Shown: positions 9,561-19,141, numbered from the stretch's first letter. The stretch: 64,000 nucleotides of DNA from an archaeon (GCA_038046645.1 JBBSVU010000006.1:10304-74303); one strand, 5' to 3'. The notes: a model not told the origin generated them from the letters alone. Translations and numbers: made by a program.

Positions 9561-11429
9561 TTAAATTCTTTCTGCCTGCTTAACTATTGGTATTCTATTT
9601 ATGTCTGATAAAATCTGTTTTAGTTGGTCGCTTTTTGGCATATCTAGTTCTAATTCTATTTTAACGAGGTTTCCACTCTCATAATTTGCTTTTGTCGTTT
9701 TTACTAAAGATTTGTTGCGCTCAATTATTTTTAGTATGTCTGGGAGAAGATGAGGATAATCTACTGCAGTTAATGCAATCTTAGTGGAATATGTCTTTTC
9801 TTTCAAGCCCCCGAGCAAAAAGGGAGCTAATTTACTAATATCGCTTTTTATCCCTGTACAGTCTTTTCTATGTATTGTTGCTTTTCTTTTTGTTGTTTTA
9901 TATGAAACAACAATATCCCCCGGCAGTGGGTTACAACATTTTGCCAGCCTTATTTTTTCATATGGGTTTAAGATTTTCATTTTATCTTCTTTTTGTTTTA
10001 TCCCACCTAAAGACATGCCTAATTTTTTCCTGATTTTCATCCTTGCTCTATCCGTTTTTACAAAGTTTATCCATTGTTTTTTTATTTCATCCTTTTCCCC
10101 CTTTAATATTTCTACTGCATCCCCATTTACTAGCTCATAATCCAAGCCAACAGGTTTTTTATTTACTAGCACTTTTTTGCATTTGCTCCCTAAATCAGTG
10201 TGTATTTCAAAAGCAAAATCTAAAGCAGTACTGCCTGCCGGCAAAAGTACAACATCATTCTTTGGGGTAACAACAAATATTTTATTAGTCCCAAATTCAA
10301 TCTTTAATGATTCAAGCATGTTGCTTTTTGCCTTCCAATTCATTATTTGTTTTGCTAAAATAAGTTTTTTGTCAAAGAAAGGGTCTCTCCAGAATTTTTT
10401 ATACTGCCAGTGTGCGGCAAGCCCATCTTCAGCATCTTGGTGCATATCATAAGTCCTTATTTGTATTTCTACTTTATTTTTTCCCCAGCCTATTACTGTG
10501 TGAATGGACCGATACCTATTTGATTTTGGGTGTGCAATATAATCATCAAAATGTGGAAATTGGTTATATGCCCCATGAATTATCCCTAATATTGTGTAGC
10601 ACTCCTCTACGCTATTGCATATCACCCTTATGCCTAGTAAATCTGCCAAGTCAGAGACCTTTTTCCCTTGTGATTGTGTTTTTTTGAAGATGCTATAAAA
10701 GCTTTTAGGCCTTCCATAAATAGTTGCTTCAATACCCTGCTGTTTTAATTTTTCATTCAAATCTACAATTATTTCCTTTATTACCTTCTCTCTTTTTTCC
10801 CGCGTTTCCACAATTTCTTTTTTAATTGAGTAATATGCTTCGGGATTTAATATTTTGAAGCTTAAATCCCTAAGCTCCCAAGATATTTCATATAACCCTA
10901 ATTTATGCGCAATTGGGGCGTATACCTCTTCAGTCAGTTTTGCTAATTCATAAGTTTTTTGCTTTGGCATGTTTTGGGTATTCCTTAGATTATCTAAAGC
11001 CCCCGCGATTTCAACAAAAATAGTCCTGATGTCATTTGCAAGTATTAATATAATTAATCGTAGTTTGTCATTATTTAGTTTCCCAAAGTTTCTCCCGATT
11101 ACTTCGCTTATCTTTGCAGCTTCTTCAGAGATATTTGCTGCGTCTTTACCAACTAAATTTTCTAATGTTTTTTTCTGGTCAAGGTTGTTGTCCAAGAAAT
11201 CATGAGTTAATCCTGCACATATTGTCGTAAAATCCATATGTTGCTCGGCTAAACTAGTTGATACATTCAATAAATGTGAAATAAATGGCTTTCCAGATTC
11301 ACGTTTCTTTTCAGCATATTGTTTGTTTATAAAATCAAACGTCTTTTTAAGTAGTTCTGCATCGTATTCTGAATTGTATTTCCCCAGCTCTAGCTTTAGG
11401 TCTTCAAATGATGCATCAACATATCTCAT
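9561..11429 (-). CDS. Long RelA/SpoT homolog (degenerate HD, synthetase, TGS, CC/ACT-like)
   Basis: YAPIAHKLG, GRPKSFYSI, DLLGIRVI, YIAHPKSNRYRSIHT, EIQIRT, AAHWQYK, TALDFAFEIHT, AKCCNPLPGD. Confidence 0.93.
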   Translation of the reverse strand: MRYVDASFEDLKLELGKYNSEYDAELLKKTFDFINKQYAEKKRESGKPFISHLLNVSTSLAEQHMDFTTICAGLTHDFLDNNLDQKKTLENLVGKDAANISEEAAKISEVIGRNFGKLNNDKLRLIILILANDIRTIFVEIAGALDNLRNTQNMPKQKTYELAKLTEEVYAPIAHKLGLYEISWELRDLSFKILNPEAYYSIKKEIVETREKREKVIKEIIVDLNEKLKQQGIEATIYGRPKSFYSIFKKTQSQGKKVSDLADLLGIRVICNSVEECYTILGIIHGAYNQFPHFDDYIAHPKSNRYRSIHTVIGWGKNKVEIQIRTYDMHQDAEDGLAAHWQYKKFWRDPFFDKKLILAKQIMNWKAKSNMLESLKIEFGTNKIFVVTPKNDVVLLPAGSTALDFAFEIHTDLGSKCKKVLVNKKPVGLDYELVNGDAVEILKGEKDEIKKQWINFVKTDRARMKIRKKLGMSLGGIKQKEDKMKILNPYEKIRLAKCCNPLPGDIVVSYKTTKRKATIHRKDCTGIKSDISKLAPFLLGGLKEKTYSTKIALTAVDYPHLLPDILKIIERNKSLVKTTKANYESGNLVKIELELDMPKSDQLKQILSDINRIPIVKQAERI

Positions 11430-11503
11430 AAATAACTTAAATCACCTCTCTTTAAATCCTTTTTCGCCTTCATAATTAAATACTTTTTGTTGGTTATTCT
11501 TTT

Positions 11504-12172
11504 ATGGAAAGAATTCTTTTTATTAATTTTAAGACTTATGAACAATCCACAGGCAAAAATGCCTTGAAATTAGCAAAAATTGCCGAGTCAGCCGCAAAAA
11601 AACACAATAAAAAAATAGTCCTTGTAGTGCAGCCTTTTGATTTGCAAGAAATTGCAAAGTCAGTTAGATTAGAAATTTTTGCACAACACATTGACCCTGT
11701 TGTTTATGGGGCAAATACCGGCAGCATTCTGCCTGAAGCTGTGAAGCAAGCTGGCGCTATTGGCACTATTTTAAACCATGCTGAAAAAAAGGTGGATGAT
11801 TTCTTTTTGGAAAAAGCGATTGCTAGGGCAAAAGAGGTTAACTTAAAGGTAATGTGCTGCGCTGAGAATATTGAAAGGGCAAAGAAAATAGCCTCATTTA
11901 AGGCTAAGCCAGATTTGATTGCAATTGAGCCGCCTGAATTAATTGGTGGAACAATTTCAGTTTCAGAAGCAAAGCCTGAAATAATTGAGGATGCGGTAAA
12001 AGAGATTCATAAAATAGCAAATATTGATGTAGTAACTGGGGCAGGCATAAATACTGTAAAAGATGTAGCCAAAGCAATTGAGCTTGGTTGTGTCGGGGTA
12101 TTTGTTGCATCATCCATAGTAAAATCAAATAACCCTGAGAAAGCAATTGAGGAATTGCTTTCCGGATTATGA
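11504..12172 (+). CDS. tpiA: Triosephosphate isomerase, archaeal type
   Basis: INFKTY, NHAE, AIEPPELIG, GAGI. Confidence 0.96.
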   Translation: MERILFINFKTYEQSTGKNALKLAKIAESAAKKHNKKIVLVVQPFDLQEIAKSVRLEIFAQHIDPVVYGANTGSILPEAVKQAGAIGTILNHAEKKVDDFFLEKAIARAKEVNLKVMCCAENIERAKKIASFKAKPDLIAIEPPELIGGTISVSEAKPEIIEDAVKEIHKIANIDVVTGAGINTVKDVAKAIELGCVGVFVASSIVKSNNPEKAIEELLSGL

Positions 12173-12288
12173 CATGATTTTTCGCCCGCACGGTTAAAAT
12201 ATCGACATTTGTTAAATTATCTGAAAAATATTAGCATACTGTATTTATACTTTTTTATATTGAATATATCAGTTATATCATTTGGTGA

Positions 12289-13437
12289 GTGGTTGTTATG
12301 GATTTGTCTGATTTTAAGGTAAAAGATCTTATTTCGAAAGAATATCTTGCTTTGAATGTTGAAGATACACTTAGTGCTTATGTGGGTAAAATAGAATCCT
12401 GGAAACACGCAGAGGGATTAGTTTTTGATGATACTAATTCATTTAAAGGGATAATTTCTTTCAAAGGTTTGCTTAGGAAAAAAATAGACCCTTCCCAAGT
12501 TAAACTCAAAAAATTAATTGTTCAATTTCCAAAAATAAATGAAGAAGATAATATCATAAAGGTTGCTGAGTTGATGTATTATTCTGGTGCAAGGCTGCTT
12601 CCAGTCTTTTCAGGAAGTTCTTTTGCTGGCGTTATTTATGCGCAAGATATTATAAAGCAACTAGGAAAAGTTGATGATTTTAGGAAGATACGGGCTGAAG
12701 AGCTTGCAACCCAAAAACCACAATGCTTGAAAGAGTCTGACTCTTTTGAAAAAGCCTTACTTTTAATGGATAATACAAGAGTTAGAAAAATTCCAATAGT
12801 TAATAAAGAAGGAAGATTAACTGGCCTGTTGCTTATGGAAGATGCCCTAAAAAGGTACTATTCAAACATTTCAGCGCCAATGCAAATTTACGGGGCCAGC
12901 CCGCAAAGTCATTTTCCTGAAAAAACAGACCTTCTGAAGGTTTCAATAACTAGGGATATCAGCACAGATTATGCTGAAATTACCGAAAATGAAACATTGC
13001 CCCAAATTTTAAGTTCATTCCAGATTGATAAGGGGGTAATAATTACCAAGAACGGAATTCCGAGTGGGATAATTACTGCTAAAAATTTGTTGCAATTATT
13101 CTTAAGATTGAAGAAAGAAGAGAGAAATATTAGAATTAGCGATATGCCTGCTTTGGATGAAATAGATAAAGCAAAAGCAATTAATACAATAAATAAAACA
13201 TATGATAAAATTGACCGTATTTTAGGGAATAAACCAATGGTTTATTTTTATTTTAAGCATTATGCAAAGGAAGGGATGAGAAAAAAACATGTTGTGCATA
13301 TCAGAACTGCAGTTGGCAGCAAGAAGATCATAGTTGAGAAAAATGATTGGAAATTTCTTAATTGCCTACAGGATGTTTGTTCAGCATTTGAGACAGCAGT
13401 AATAAGGCAGTTCAAGAAAAAAGATTACCGGAAATAA
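12289..13437 (+). CDS. Four-CBS-domain protein with C-terminal HPF/RaiA-like domain (putative ribosome hibernation factor)
   Basis: CBS repeats (RLLPV, RKIPIVNKEGRLTGLL, GIITAKNLL); C-terminal ~100 aa with a beta-alpha-beta-beta-beta-alpha HPF-like pattern ending DWKFLNCLQDVCSAFETAV. Confidence 0.72.
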   Translation: MVVMDLSDFKVKDLISKEYLALNVEDTLSAYVGKIESWKHAEGLVFDDTNSFKGIISFKGLLRKKIDPSQVKLKKLIVQFPKINEEDNIIKVAELMYYSGARLLPVFSGSSFAGVIYAQDIIKQLGKVDDFRKIRAEELATQKPQCLKESDSFEKALLLMDNTRVRKIPIVNKEGRLTGLLLMEDALKRYYSNISAPMQIYGASPQSHFPEKTDLLKVSITRDISTDYAEITENETLPQILSSFQIDKGVIITKNGIPSGIITAKNLLQLFLRLKKEERNIRISDMPALDEIDKAKAINTINKTYDKIDRILGNKPMVYFYFKHYAKEGMRKKHVVHIRTAVGSKKIIVEKNDWKFLNCLQDVCSAFETAVIRQFKKKDYRK

Positions 13438-13450
13438 ATTGCATTGAAAT

Positions 13451-13716
13451 GGGCATCTAAAGATCGAAGATGTTAAGCGAGGCAAATTTAGCCTATTAAA
13501 TTGCTTAATTCCGTACTCCGATAGCACCCAAAGCATAGACTACCGTTGCTTTCTTCCGAACCTGGCGGGGTTCTTCTATGTAAAGGGCCTATTGGAACAG
13601 AATATCATTGCAATATAACAGATTTGCATTGCAAAACAAATCCTTTCTTTAGCATTCAGCCCCAGCGTATAGCGGATTTCTGGTTACAAGGAACCGCTAA
13701 CTCCCCAGCCTAGCCC
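13451..13716 (-). ncRNA. ffs: Signal recognition particle (7S) RNA
   Basis: Minus strand carries Alu-like 5' domain (GGGCTAGGCTGGGGAG...TGTAAC), helix-8 motif CCGCCAGGTTCGGAAGAAAGCAACGG and complementary ends GGGC/GCCC; ends approximate. Confidence 0.88.
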
Positions 13717-13796
13717 AAATATTTTTCGTTAATTGTTTTTATAAAGCAGATTGTTGTCGGCAAACTGTTTTAATTAATTGCTGATAATGTATATTT

Positions 13797-14936
13797 ATGG
13801 ATATTTTTGAGCAATCTTTGATTAGTCATGGCAAATGGAAAGGCAAGATTTCTACTTCAGCAAAGGTCAAATTAAAAAACAAAAAATTGCTCTCTTTAGC
13901 ATATACCCCCGGGGTAGCAGAACCCTGCAAAAAGATTGCACTGAACAAGAATAGTCTTTATAACTATACAATAAAATCAAATTCTGTTGCAGTAATTAGT
14001 GACGGATCAGCTATTTTGGGTTTGGGGAATCTTGGAGCCGAAGCAGCTATCCCGGTTATGGAAGGCAAAGCCTTGATATTCAAAGAGTTTGCAAATATTG
14101 ATGCATTTCCTATTGTGATTAAAAATCAAAACCCTGAAAAAATTGTTGAAATAATTGAAAATATCTCCCCTGTGTTTGGTGCAATAAACCTTGAGGATAT
14201 TGCAGCGCCAAAATGTTTTTACATAGAAGAAAACTTGCAAAATTTGGGCATACCTGTTTTTCATGATGACCAGCATGCTACAGCTGTTGTGGTTCTTGCA
14301 GGCTTGTTTAATTCCTTAAAATTAGCAAAAAAGGAATTTTCTGATTGCAAAATAGTAATTAATGGCATAGGGGCTGCAGGTACTGCTATTACTAGATTAC
14401 TTTTGAGTTATGGCAAGCCTAAGGAGATTTTATTGTGTGATAAATATGGCCTTTTAGACCCACTAGATGTAAGAATTAGCGAAGAACAAAAACAATTAGC
14501 TAGAGAAATAGGTCAGTCCAGAAAAGGTTCACTTGCGGATTCTTTAGAAAATGCTGATATTTTTATTGGGGTGTCAGCACCAAATATCATCTCTAAAGAT
14601 ATGGTTAAATCAATGAGTAAAAAGCCAATAATTTTTGCTTTGGCTAATCCAATCTCGGAGATTTCACCGAAAGAAGCTAAAAAGGCTGGTGCCTTTATTG
14701 TTGCAACCGGAAGAAGTGATTTTCCAAACCAAGTTAATAATGCATTGGTGTTCCCGGGATTTTTTAAGGGTTTGCTTGATTCAAGGGCAAAAAAAGCTAC
14801 GTTGAAGATGAAATTAGCAGCAGCTTTTGCCCTTGCTAATATTGAAAAACCAAGTACTGAGAAAATATTACCGAATATTTTTAACAAAAAAATAGTTCCT
14901 TCAATTGCGAAGGCAGTCATAAATGCAAGCAAGTGA
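13797..14936 (+). CDS. NAD(P)-dependent malic enzyme
   Basis: AYTPGVA, DGSAILGLG, NLEDI, FHDDQH, GIGAAG, ATGRSDFPNQVNN. Confidence 0.95.
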   Translation: MDIFEQSLISHGKWKGKISTSAKVKLKNKKLLSLAYTPGVAEPCKKIALNKNSLYNYTIKSNSVAVISDGSAILGLGNLGAEAAIPVMEGKALIFKEFANIDAFPIVIKNQNPEKIVEIIENISPVFGAINLEDIAAPKCFYIEENLQNLGIPVFHDDQHATAVVVLAGLFNSLKLAKKEFSDCKIVINGIGAAGTAITRLLLSYGKPKEILLCDKYGLLDPLDVRISEEQKQLAREIGQSRKGSLADSLENADIFIGVSAPNIISKDMVKSMSKKPIIFALANPISEISPKEAKKAGAFIVATGRSDFPNQVNNALVFPGFFKGLLDSRAKKATLKMKLAAAFALANIEKPSTEKILPNIFNKKIVPSIAKAVINASK

Positions 14937-15796
14937 TTTTTATGCAGTTTAAAGAAGATTTGGGAAATGCATTAGTTGAGTTATATAAGATAACCTCGAA
15001 CGTTTTGCCCTCAGATGTTATTTCTGCATTAAAAAAAGCACAGGAAACAGAAAAAGGCAATTCTAAACTTTTCATAGACTTTATTTTACAAAATATTGAA
15101 ATAGCAAAGCAGGAATCTAGGCCTATTTGCCAAGATACTGGTTTCCCTTTCTTTATTGTTTATTGCCCTAAAGGCGAATCAACTAAAGAGCTTGCGGAAA
15201 TAATCCATTCATCATCCGAAAAAGCAACTGCTAATTTCCTTAGGCCTAATTCAGTTAATCCTATTTCAGAAAAGAATATTGGAAATATTCCAGAAATACA
15301 TTTTAGGGAATGGGATAAAAACTATTTGCAGTTTGATTTGATGTTGAAGGGGGCTGGCAGTGAAAATGTTTCTTTTCAATACTCTTTGCCTGATATTTCT
15401 TTGAATGCACATCGGGATTTTGAGGGGGTTTTCAAATGCGCCTTGGATGCAGTTTTTAGAGCGCAGGGCAATGGCTGCCCCCCGGGCATTTTAGGGCTTT
15501 GTATTGGCGGTTCTAAAAATAATTCAATGCTTGAGGCAAAAAAACAGCTTTTCAGAAAGATTGATGATGTCAATTCAGATAAAAGGCTGGCTTTGCTTGA
15601 AAAAAACATTCTTTCTAAATCAAATAAATTAAAAATAGGGCCAGCAGGTTTAGGTGGCAAAAATACTTTGTTGGCTGTCAAAGCAACTGTTTTGCCAAGG
15701 CATCCTGCATCCTACTTTGTTTCTTTTTCCTATTCCTGTTGGGCTTTAAGAAGGCATTCGCTTAGATTCAAGGAAGGGGTGATTAAGTTTGATTAA
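14933..15796 (+). CDS. Class I fumarate hydratase / tartrate dehydratase alpha subunit
   Basis: PICQDTG, KGAGSEN, GCPP, GPAGLGG, HPAS, CWA. Confidence 0.92.
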   Translation: MIFMQFKEDLGNALVELYKITSNVLPSDVISALKKAQETEKGNSKLFIDFILQNIEIAKQESRPICQDTGFPFFIVYCPKGESTKELAEIIHSSSEKATANFLRPNSVNPISEKNIGNIPEIHFREWDKNYLQFDLMLKGAGSENVSFQYSLPDISLNAHRDFEGVFKCALDAVFRAQGNGCPPGILGLCIGGSKNNSMLEAKKQLFRKIDDVNSDKRLALLEKNILSKSNKLKIGPAGLGGKNTLLAVKATVLPRHPASYFVSFSYSCWALRRHSLRFKEGVIKFD

Positions 15797-16361
15797 ACTT
15801 AAGCTGCCGATCACTCCTAAAAAATTAAATGATTTAAATGTTGGTGACTATGTGGAGATATCCGGCAGAATATTTACTGCAAGAGACAAAGCTAGTAGAT
15901 GGTTATCATCAGAAAAAATCCCTGAAAAATTAAGTTCAAAGATAAAAAATTCCGTGATTTACCATTGTGGCCCAATCATGGCAGGAAAAAAATCCTTTGT
16001 TGCACTATCAGCAGGGCCAACAACCAGCGAAAGAATGTTCCCTTATTTAACTGATTTAAATAAAAAATATAGGGTTAAGGCAGTTATTGGAAAAGGGGGT
16101 TTTAGGAATACAAATATTTTCAAGAAAAATAAAATGGTATATTTGCATTCTTTAAGTGGGTGTGGAGCATTGCTCGCAAAGAAAATTATAAAAGTGCATT
16201 CAGTATTCGGGCTGAAAGAATTTGGGATGCCTGAAGCAATATGGGAAATTGAAGTAAAAGATTTTCCAGTTTTAGTAACAATAGATAGCAAAGGGAATAA
16301 TCTCCACGATAAGATTTATGCTGAATCTGGAAAAATTGCTAAAAAATTGGAAAACAGTTAG
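15789..16361 (+). CDS. Class I fumarate hydratase / tartrate dehydratase beta subunit
   Basis: TARD, YHCGP, GPTTSERM, IGKGG, GMPEA. Confidence 0.92.
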   Translation: MIKLKLPITPKKLNDLNVGDYVEISGRIFTARDKASRWLSSEKIPEKLSSKIKNSVIYHCGPIMAGKKSFVALSAGPTTSERMFPYLTDLNKKYRVKAVIGKGGFRNTNIFKKNKMVYLHSLSGCGALLAKKIIKVHSVFGLKEFGMPEAIWEIEVKDFPVLVTIDSKGNNLHDKIYAESGKIAKKLENS

Positions 16362-16416
16362 AAAAATAGGTGAAATATTCCCCACCTATTCTCCAAAACT
16401 GCAGATTTTTAGGTGA

Positions 16417-17373
16417 TTATTTATCTTCCTCTAAATCCTCGATTCCATTTTCAGTTATCTGGTAAATGGCTTCTCCGTCTGGCAAGAATGGGGAATCAAC
16501 AAGCTTTGCCACTCTTTTTGATGCCTTGCTCTTTCTGAGATATAATCGAGTTTTAGAAGCATGCCCTACTACATGTCCACCTATTGGGGCAGTAGGATCT
16601 CCGAATAGTATATCAGGCCTGCTCATTACCTGATTTGTTACAAGAACTGCAATATTATGGGCCTCAGCTAACTTCATCAGTTGCCTCATATGTTTGTTTA
16701 ATTTCTGTTGTCTTTCAGCTAAAAGGCCTCTTCCAATATATTCAGATCTAAACTGTGCGGTTAACGAATCCACAATTAACAGTTTGATATTTTTCTCCTT
16801 AATTATTTGGTCTGCTTTTTCAGTAAGAATCATTTGATGATCAGCATTATATGCCTTTGCAACAAAAATATTTTTTAGTGTTTTTTCCGGTTCCAAACCT
16901 TTTGCCTTTGCAATACTTACAATTCTTTCTGGCCTAAATGATGATTCAGAATCAATGTACAAAGTATTTCCCCCCAATCCTCCTTTATCTTTTGCTAATT
17001 GGACCATTACTGCTAACTGGAAACACCATTGGGTTTTGCTTGAAGACATCTCACCATATACCTCAGTAATGCTTTGGGTTTCTACCCCCCCTCCAAGCAA
17101 AGTATCTAATTCATTGCTCCCTGTGCTTATCTTCCCAATTATTTCCCTTCTTTTAAGTATCTTTTCCGCGCTTTCAAAACCCATATCAAGGGCATCCCTG
17201 GCGGCTTTAATTATCTTTTCAGCGGTTTTTTCCCCTAATTCTGCCACTTCCATCAATTCCCTTGGGGAAGCCACAGCAATATTCTCCAATGATTTATAAT
17301 TAGCTTTATATAGTTTCTCGGCTGCTTGCGGTCCAACACCAGGCAAGTCAGTAATTTCCTTTATTTCTGCCAT
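16417..17373 (-). CDS. radA: DNA repair and recombination protein RadA
   Basis: N-terminal HhH DLPGVG, FRPERI, VDSLTAQFRSEYIGRGLLAERQQKL, PIGGHVVGH; Walker A variant GEMSSSKT. Confidence 0.96.
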   Translation of the reverse strand: MAEIKEITDLPGVGPQAAEKLYKANYKSLENIAVASPRELMEVAELGEKTAEKIIKAARDALDMGFESAEKILKRREIIGKISTGSNELDTLLGGGVETQSITEVYGEMSSSKTQWCFQLAVMVQLAKDKGGLGGNTLYIDSESSFRPERIVSIAKAKGLEPEKTLKNIFVAKAYNADHQMILTEKADQIIKEKNIKLLIVDSLTAQFRSEYIGRGLLAERQQKLNKHMRQLMKLAEAHNIAVLVTNQVMSRPDILFGDPTAPIGGHVVGHASKTRLYLRKSKASKRVAKLVDSPFLPDGEAIYQITENGIEDLEEDK

Positions 17374-17423
17374 TTTTTCACCATACTATGCTTGTGCGAT
17401 TTTTTATTTATAAATGCTTTGGA

Positions 17424-17442
17424 AGAGTAGATTTCCCCTGAA
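17424..17442 (-). promoter_or_regulatory. Conserved 19-bp box, 9 bp upstream of the radA TATA box (17407-17414)
   Basis: TTCAGGGGAAATCTACTCT-N9-TTTATAAA on the minus strand. Confidence 0.75.
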
Positions 17443-17444
17443 CT

Positions 17445-17770
17445 CCGTCTTTTCTTTTTCTCTTAGGAAGAGAAAAAGAAAATATAGGCTGTCAAAAGAA
17501 AAAGAGAAAAGAAAATATGGGTTGCCGAAAGAAAAGAGAAAGAAAAAGTAGGTTACAACTAATATCAAAGGACAAAAATAAAGAAACAAAAGTCGTCCTT
17601 TGATGGCTATAAAAAGACATTATAAAAGTTTCTAGATTAATGTCTTTTTATATAAAATCCAAGGGATTTTAGTGTACATTAAAATTCATAAGAATTTTAA
17701 TTGTATTAAGAGAAAGAAAACTTTGGTTGCCAAGAAAAAGAAAAGAGAATGTAAGTTGCTATTAAAAATA
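17445..17770. repeat. Hairpin-rich intergenic region with degenerate ~32-bp purine-rich repeats
   Basis: Perfect stems 17450-17464/17468-17482, 17564-17573/17595-17604, 17608-17622/17638-17652; repeated GAAAA..GG(C/T)TG(T/C)C..AAAGAAAA units. Confidence 0.6.
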
Positions 17771-17792
17771 ACTGATTTATACTTGGCCTTTG

Positions 17793-19094
17793 TTATGGTA
17801 GGTTAAAACTTCTTACCCCTACTCCTAATTTATCTTCAAATGTATTCTTTCTCACATTGCCTTCTAGTTCAATCTTTTTTCCTAAAATGTTGTTTGAAAT
17901 TTCCTCAATAAGGTCATCGCTATTTTTTGTTTCTAATTCACTTTTAATTTTATCCGCTTCCTTCCCAATTATTGCCTCAGCGTTTTCCCTGAAAAATGTT
18001 GTGTCAATGCTGCCTGTGCCGTCATCTACTGTTAATGAAATTATCGCGGTGGGCATCCCCTTTTGTTTGCATTCATCACATTCCCCTGTTTCCCTGTTCA
18101 CTTTCTTGCTGCACTGCGGGCAGCTGTCATAAACAAGCCTTCCGCGGTTTACTGAAAGGATTGTGCCAGAAATTTTTATTCTTGAATCAGTTTCAGTTAT
18201 CTCTGATATTTTTTTTTCAACAGCCGATTTTATGCCCCCAAGCTCTTCTAATTCAGGAATTTTTTCTTCTGTTTTTGGGGTTTTTAAAACTCTGGCAGAA
18301 TACCCTAAATGCAATTCAATATCCTTTAATCCTTGTTTGGTATAAGCCCCCTCAATTTTAATTAAATCGCCTGCTTTTAATTTTAAAATCTCATCAACCA
18401 TATCATTCCATGCAGTAGCCCTTATTGCCTTTGTCCCGTCATTTAGCATGAAATTTATTACCCCCTTTTTTATTCCATCTTTTTCAAAATAGTTTACAGG
18501 AAAAATATTTATTACCCGGGCTATCACATCAACATTCTGCAACCCCTCTTTTATTTCATTTAATTTCATCAGATTATTTGATTCACTTAATATGATAGTT
18601 TCATTTGTATTCTTATCAATCTGCGAGGAAAAGCCAATATTCAAAGAAGGTTTTTCATTGAACATCGAAATATAGCAATTTTTAAGCAGCAGGATGTGAT
18701 TCTTCTGCACATCTTCAAGCTCTTTTACGTGGTTATGCCAGGCGGTTGCCCTGCATTCCCCGGTTTCATCTTCCACAAGCATATTGCACAACAGCCCTTT
18801 TTTCCCGTTTTTCTCAAACTTTTTTGGTGCATAAATGTGTTTTACCCGCACTAAAATTGTAACTGTTTGCATGCCCTCTTTTAACTCATTTATTTTCGAC
18901 CTTACAACATTAGCTTCCAAATCAATTCCATAATCCTTTGCAACCATAAATGCTGCGCCTTCCTTGCTTAAAAGCCCAGCCATTTTTTTTTGCTTTCTGT
19001 CTATTTTATCAAGGATTTCTTCATTGCTCTTGCCTGTCTCCTTTATTATCCTTTCAAGAATGCTTTCAAAATTTGCCGCTTGCATAGTATTCAA
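17793..19094 (-). CDS. rpa: Replication protein A (multi-OB-fold ssDNA-binding protein with Zn finger)
   Basis: LLSKEGAAFMVA N-terminus, OB folds (DETG..RATAW, DGTK.IRATAW, DDGTG), CPQC...CDEC. Confidence 0.92.
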   Translation of the reverse strand: MNTMQAANFESILERIIKETGKSNEEILDKIDRKQKKMAGLLSKEGAAFMVAKDYGIDLEANVVRSKINELKEGMQTVTILVRVKHIYAPKKFEKNGKKGLLCNMLVEDETGECRATAWHNHVKELEDVQKNHILLLKNCYISMFNEKPSLNIGFSSQIDKNTNETIILSESNNLMKLNEIKEGLQNVDVIARVINIFPVNYFEKDGIKKGVINFMLNDGTKAIRATAWNDMVDEILKLKAGDLIKIEGAYTKQGLKDIELHLGYSARVLKTPKTEEKIPELEELGGIKSAVEKKISEITETDSRIKISGTILSVNRGRLVYDSCPQCSKKVNRETGECDECKQKGMPTAIISLTVDDGTGSIDTTFFRENAEAIIGKEADKIKSELETKNSDDLIEEISNNILGKKIELEGNVRKNTFEDKLGVGVRSFNLP

Positions 19095-19141
19095 TTATCC
19101 CTTACAAACAATTTTAACCTTATGCGAACCAGCATTATTTT

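Noticed and set aside
13441..13720. RNase P RNA or rRNA fragment
   Set aside because: It lacks the RNase P P4 consensus; the helix-8 motif identifies SRP RNA
17445..17770. CRISPR array
   Set aside because: Units are degenerate and low-complexity with no unique spacers, and there are no cas genes in the window
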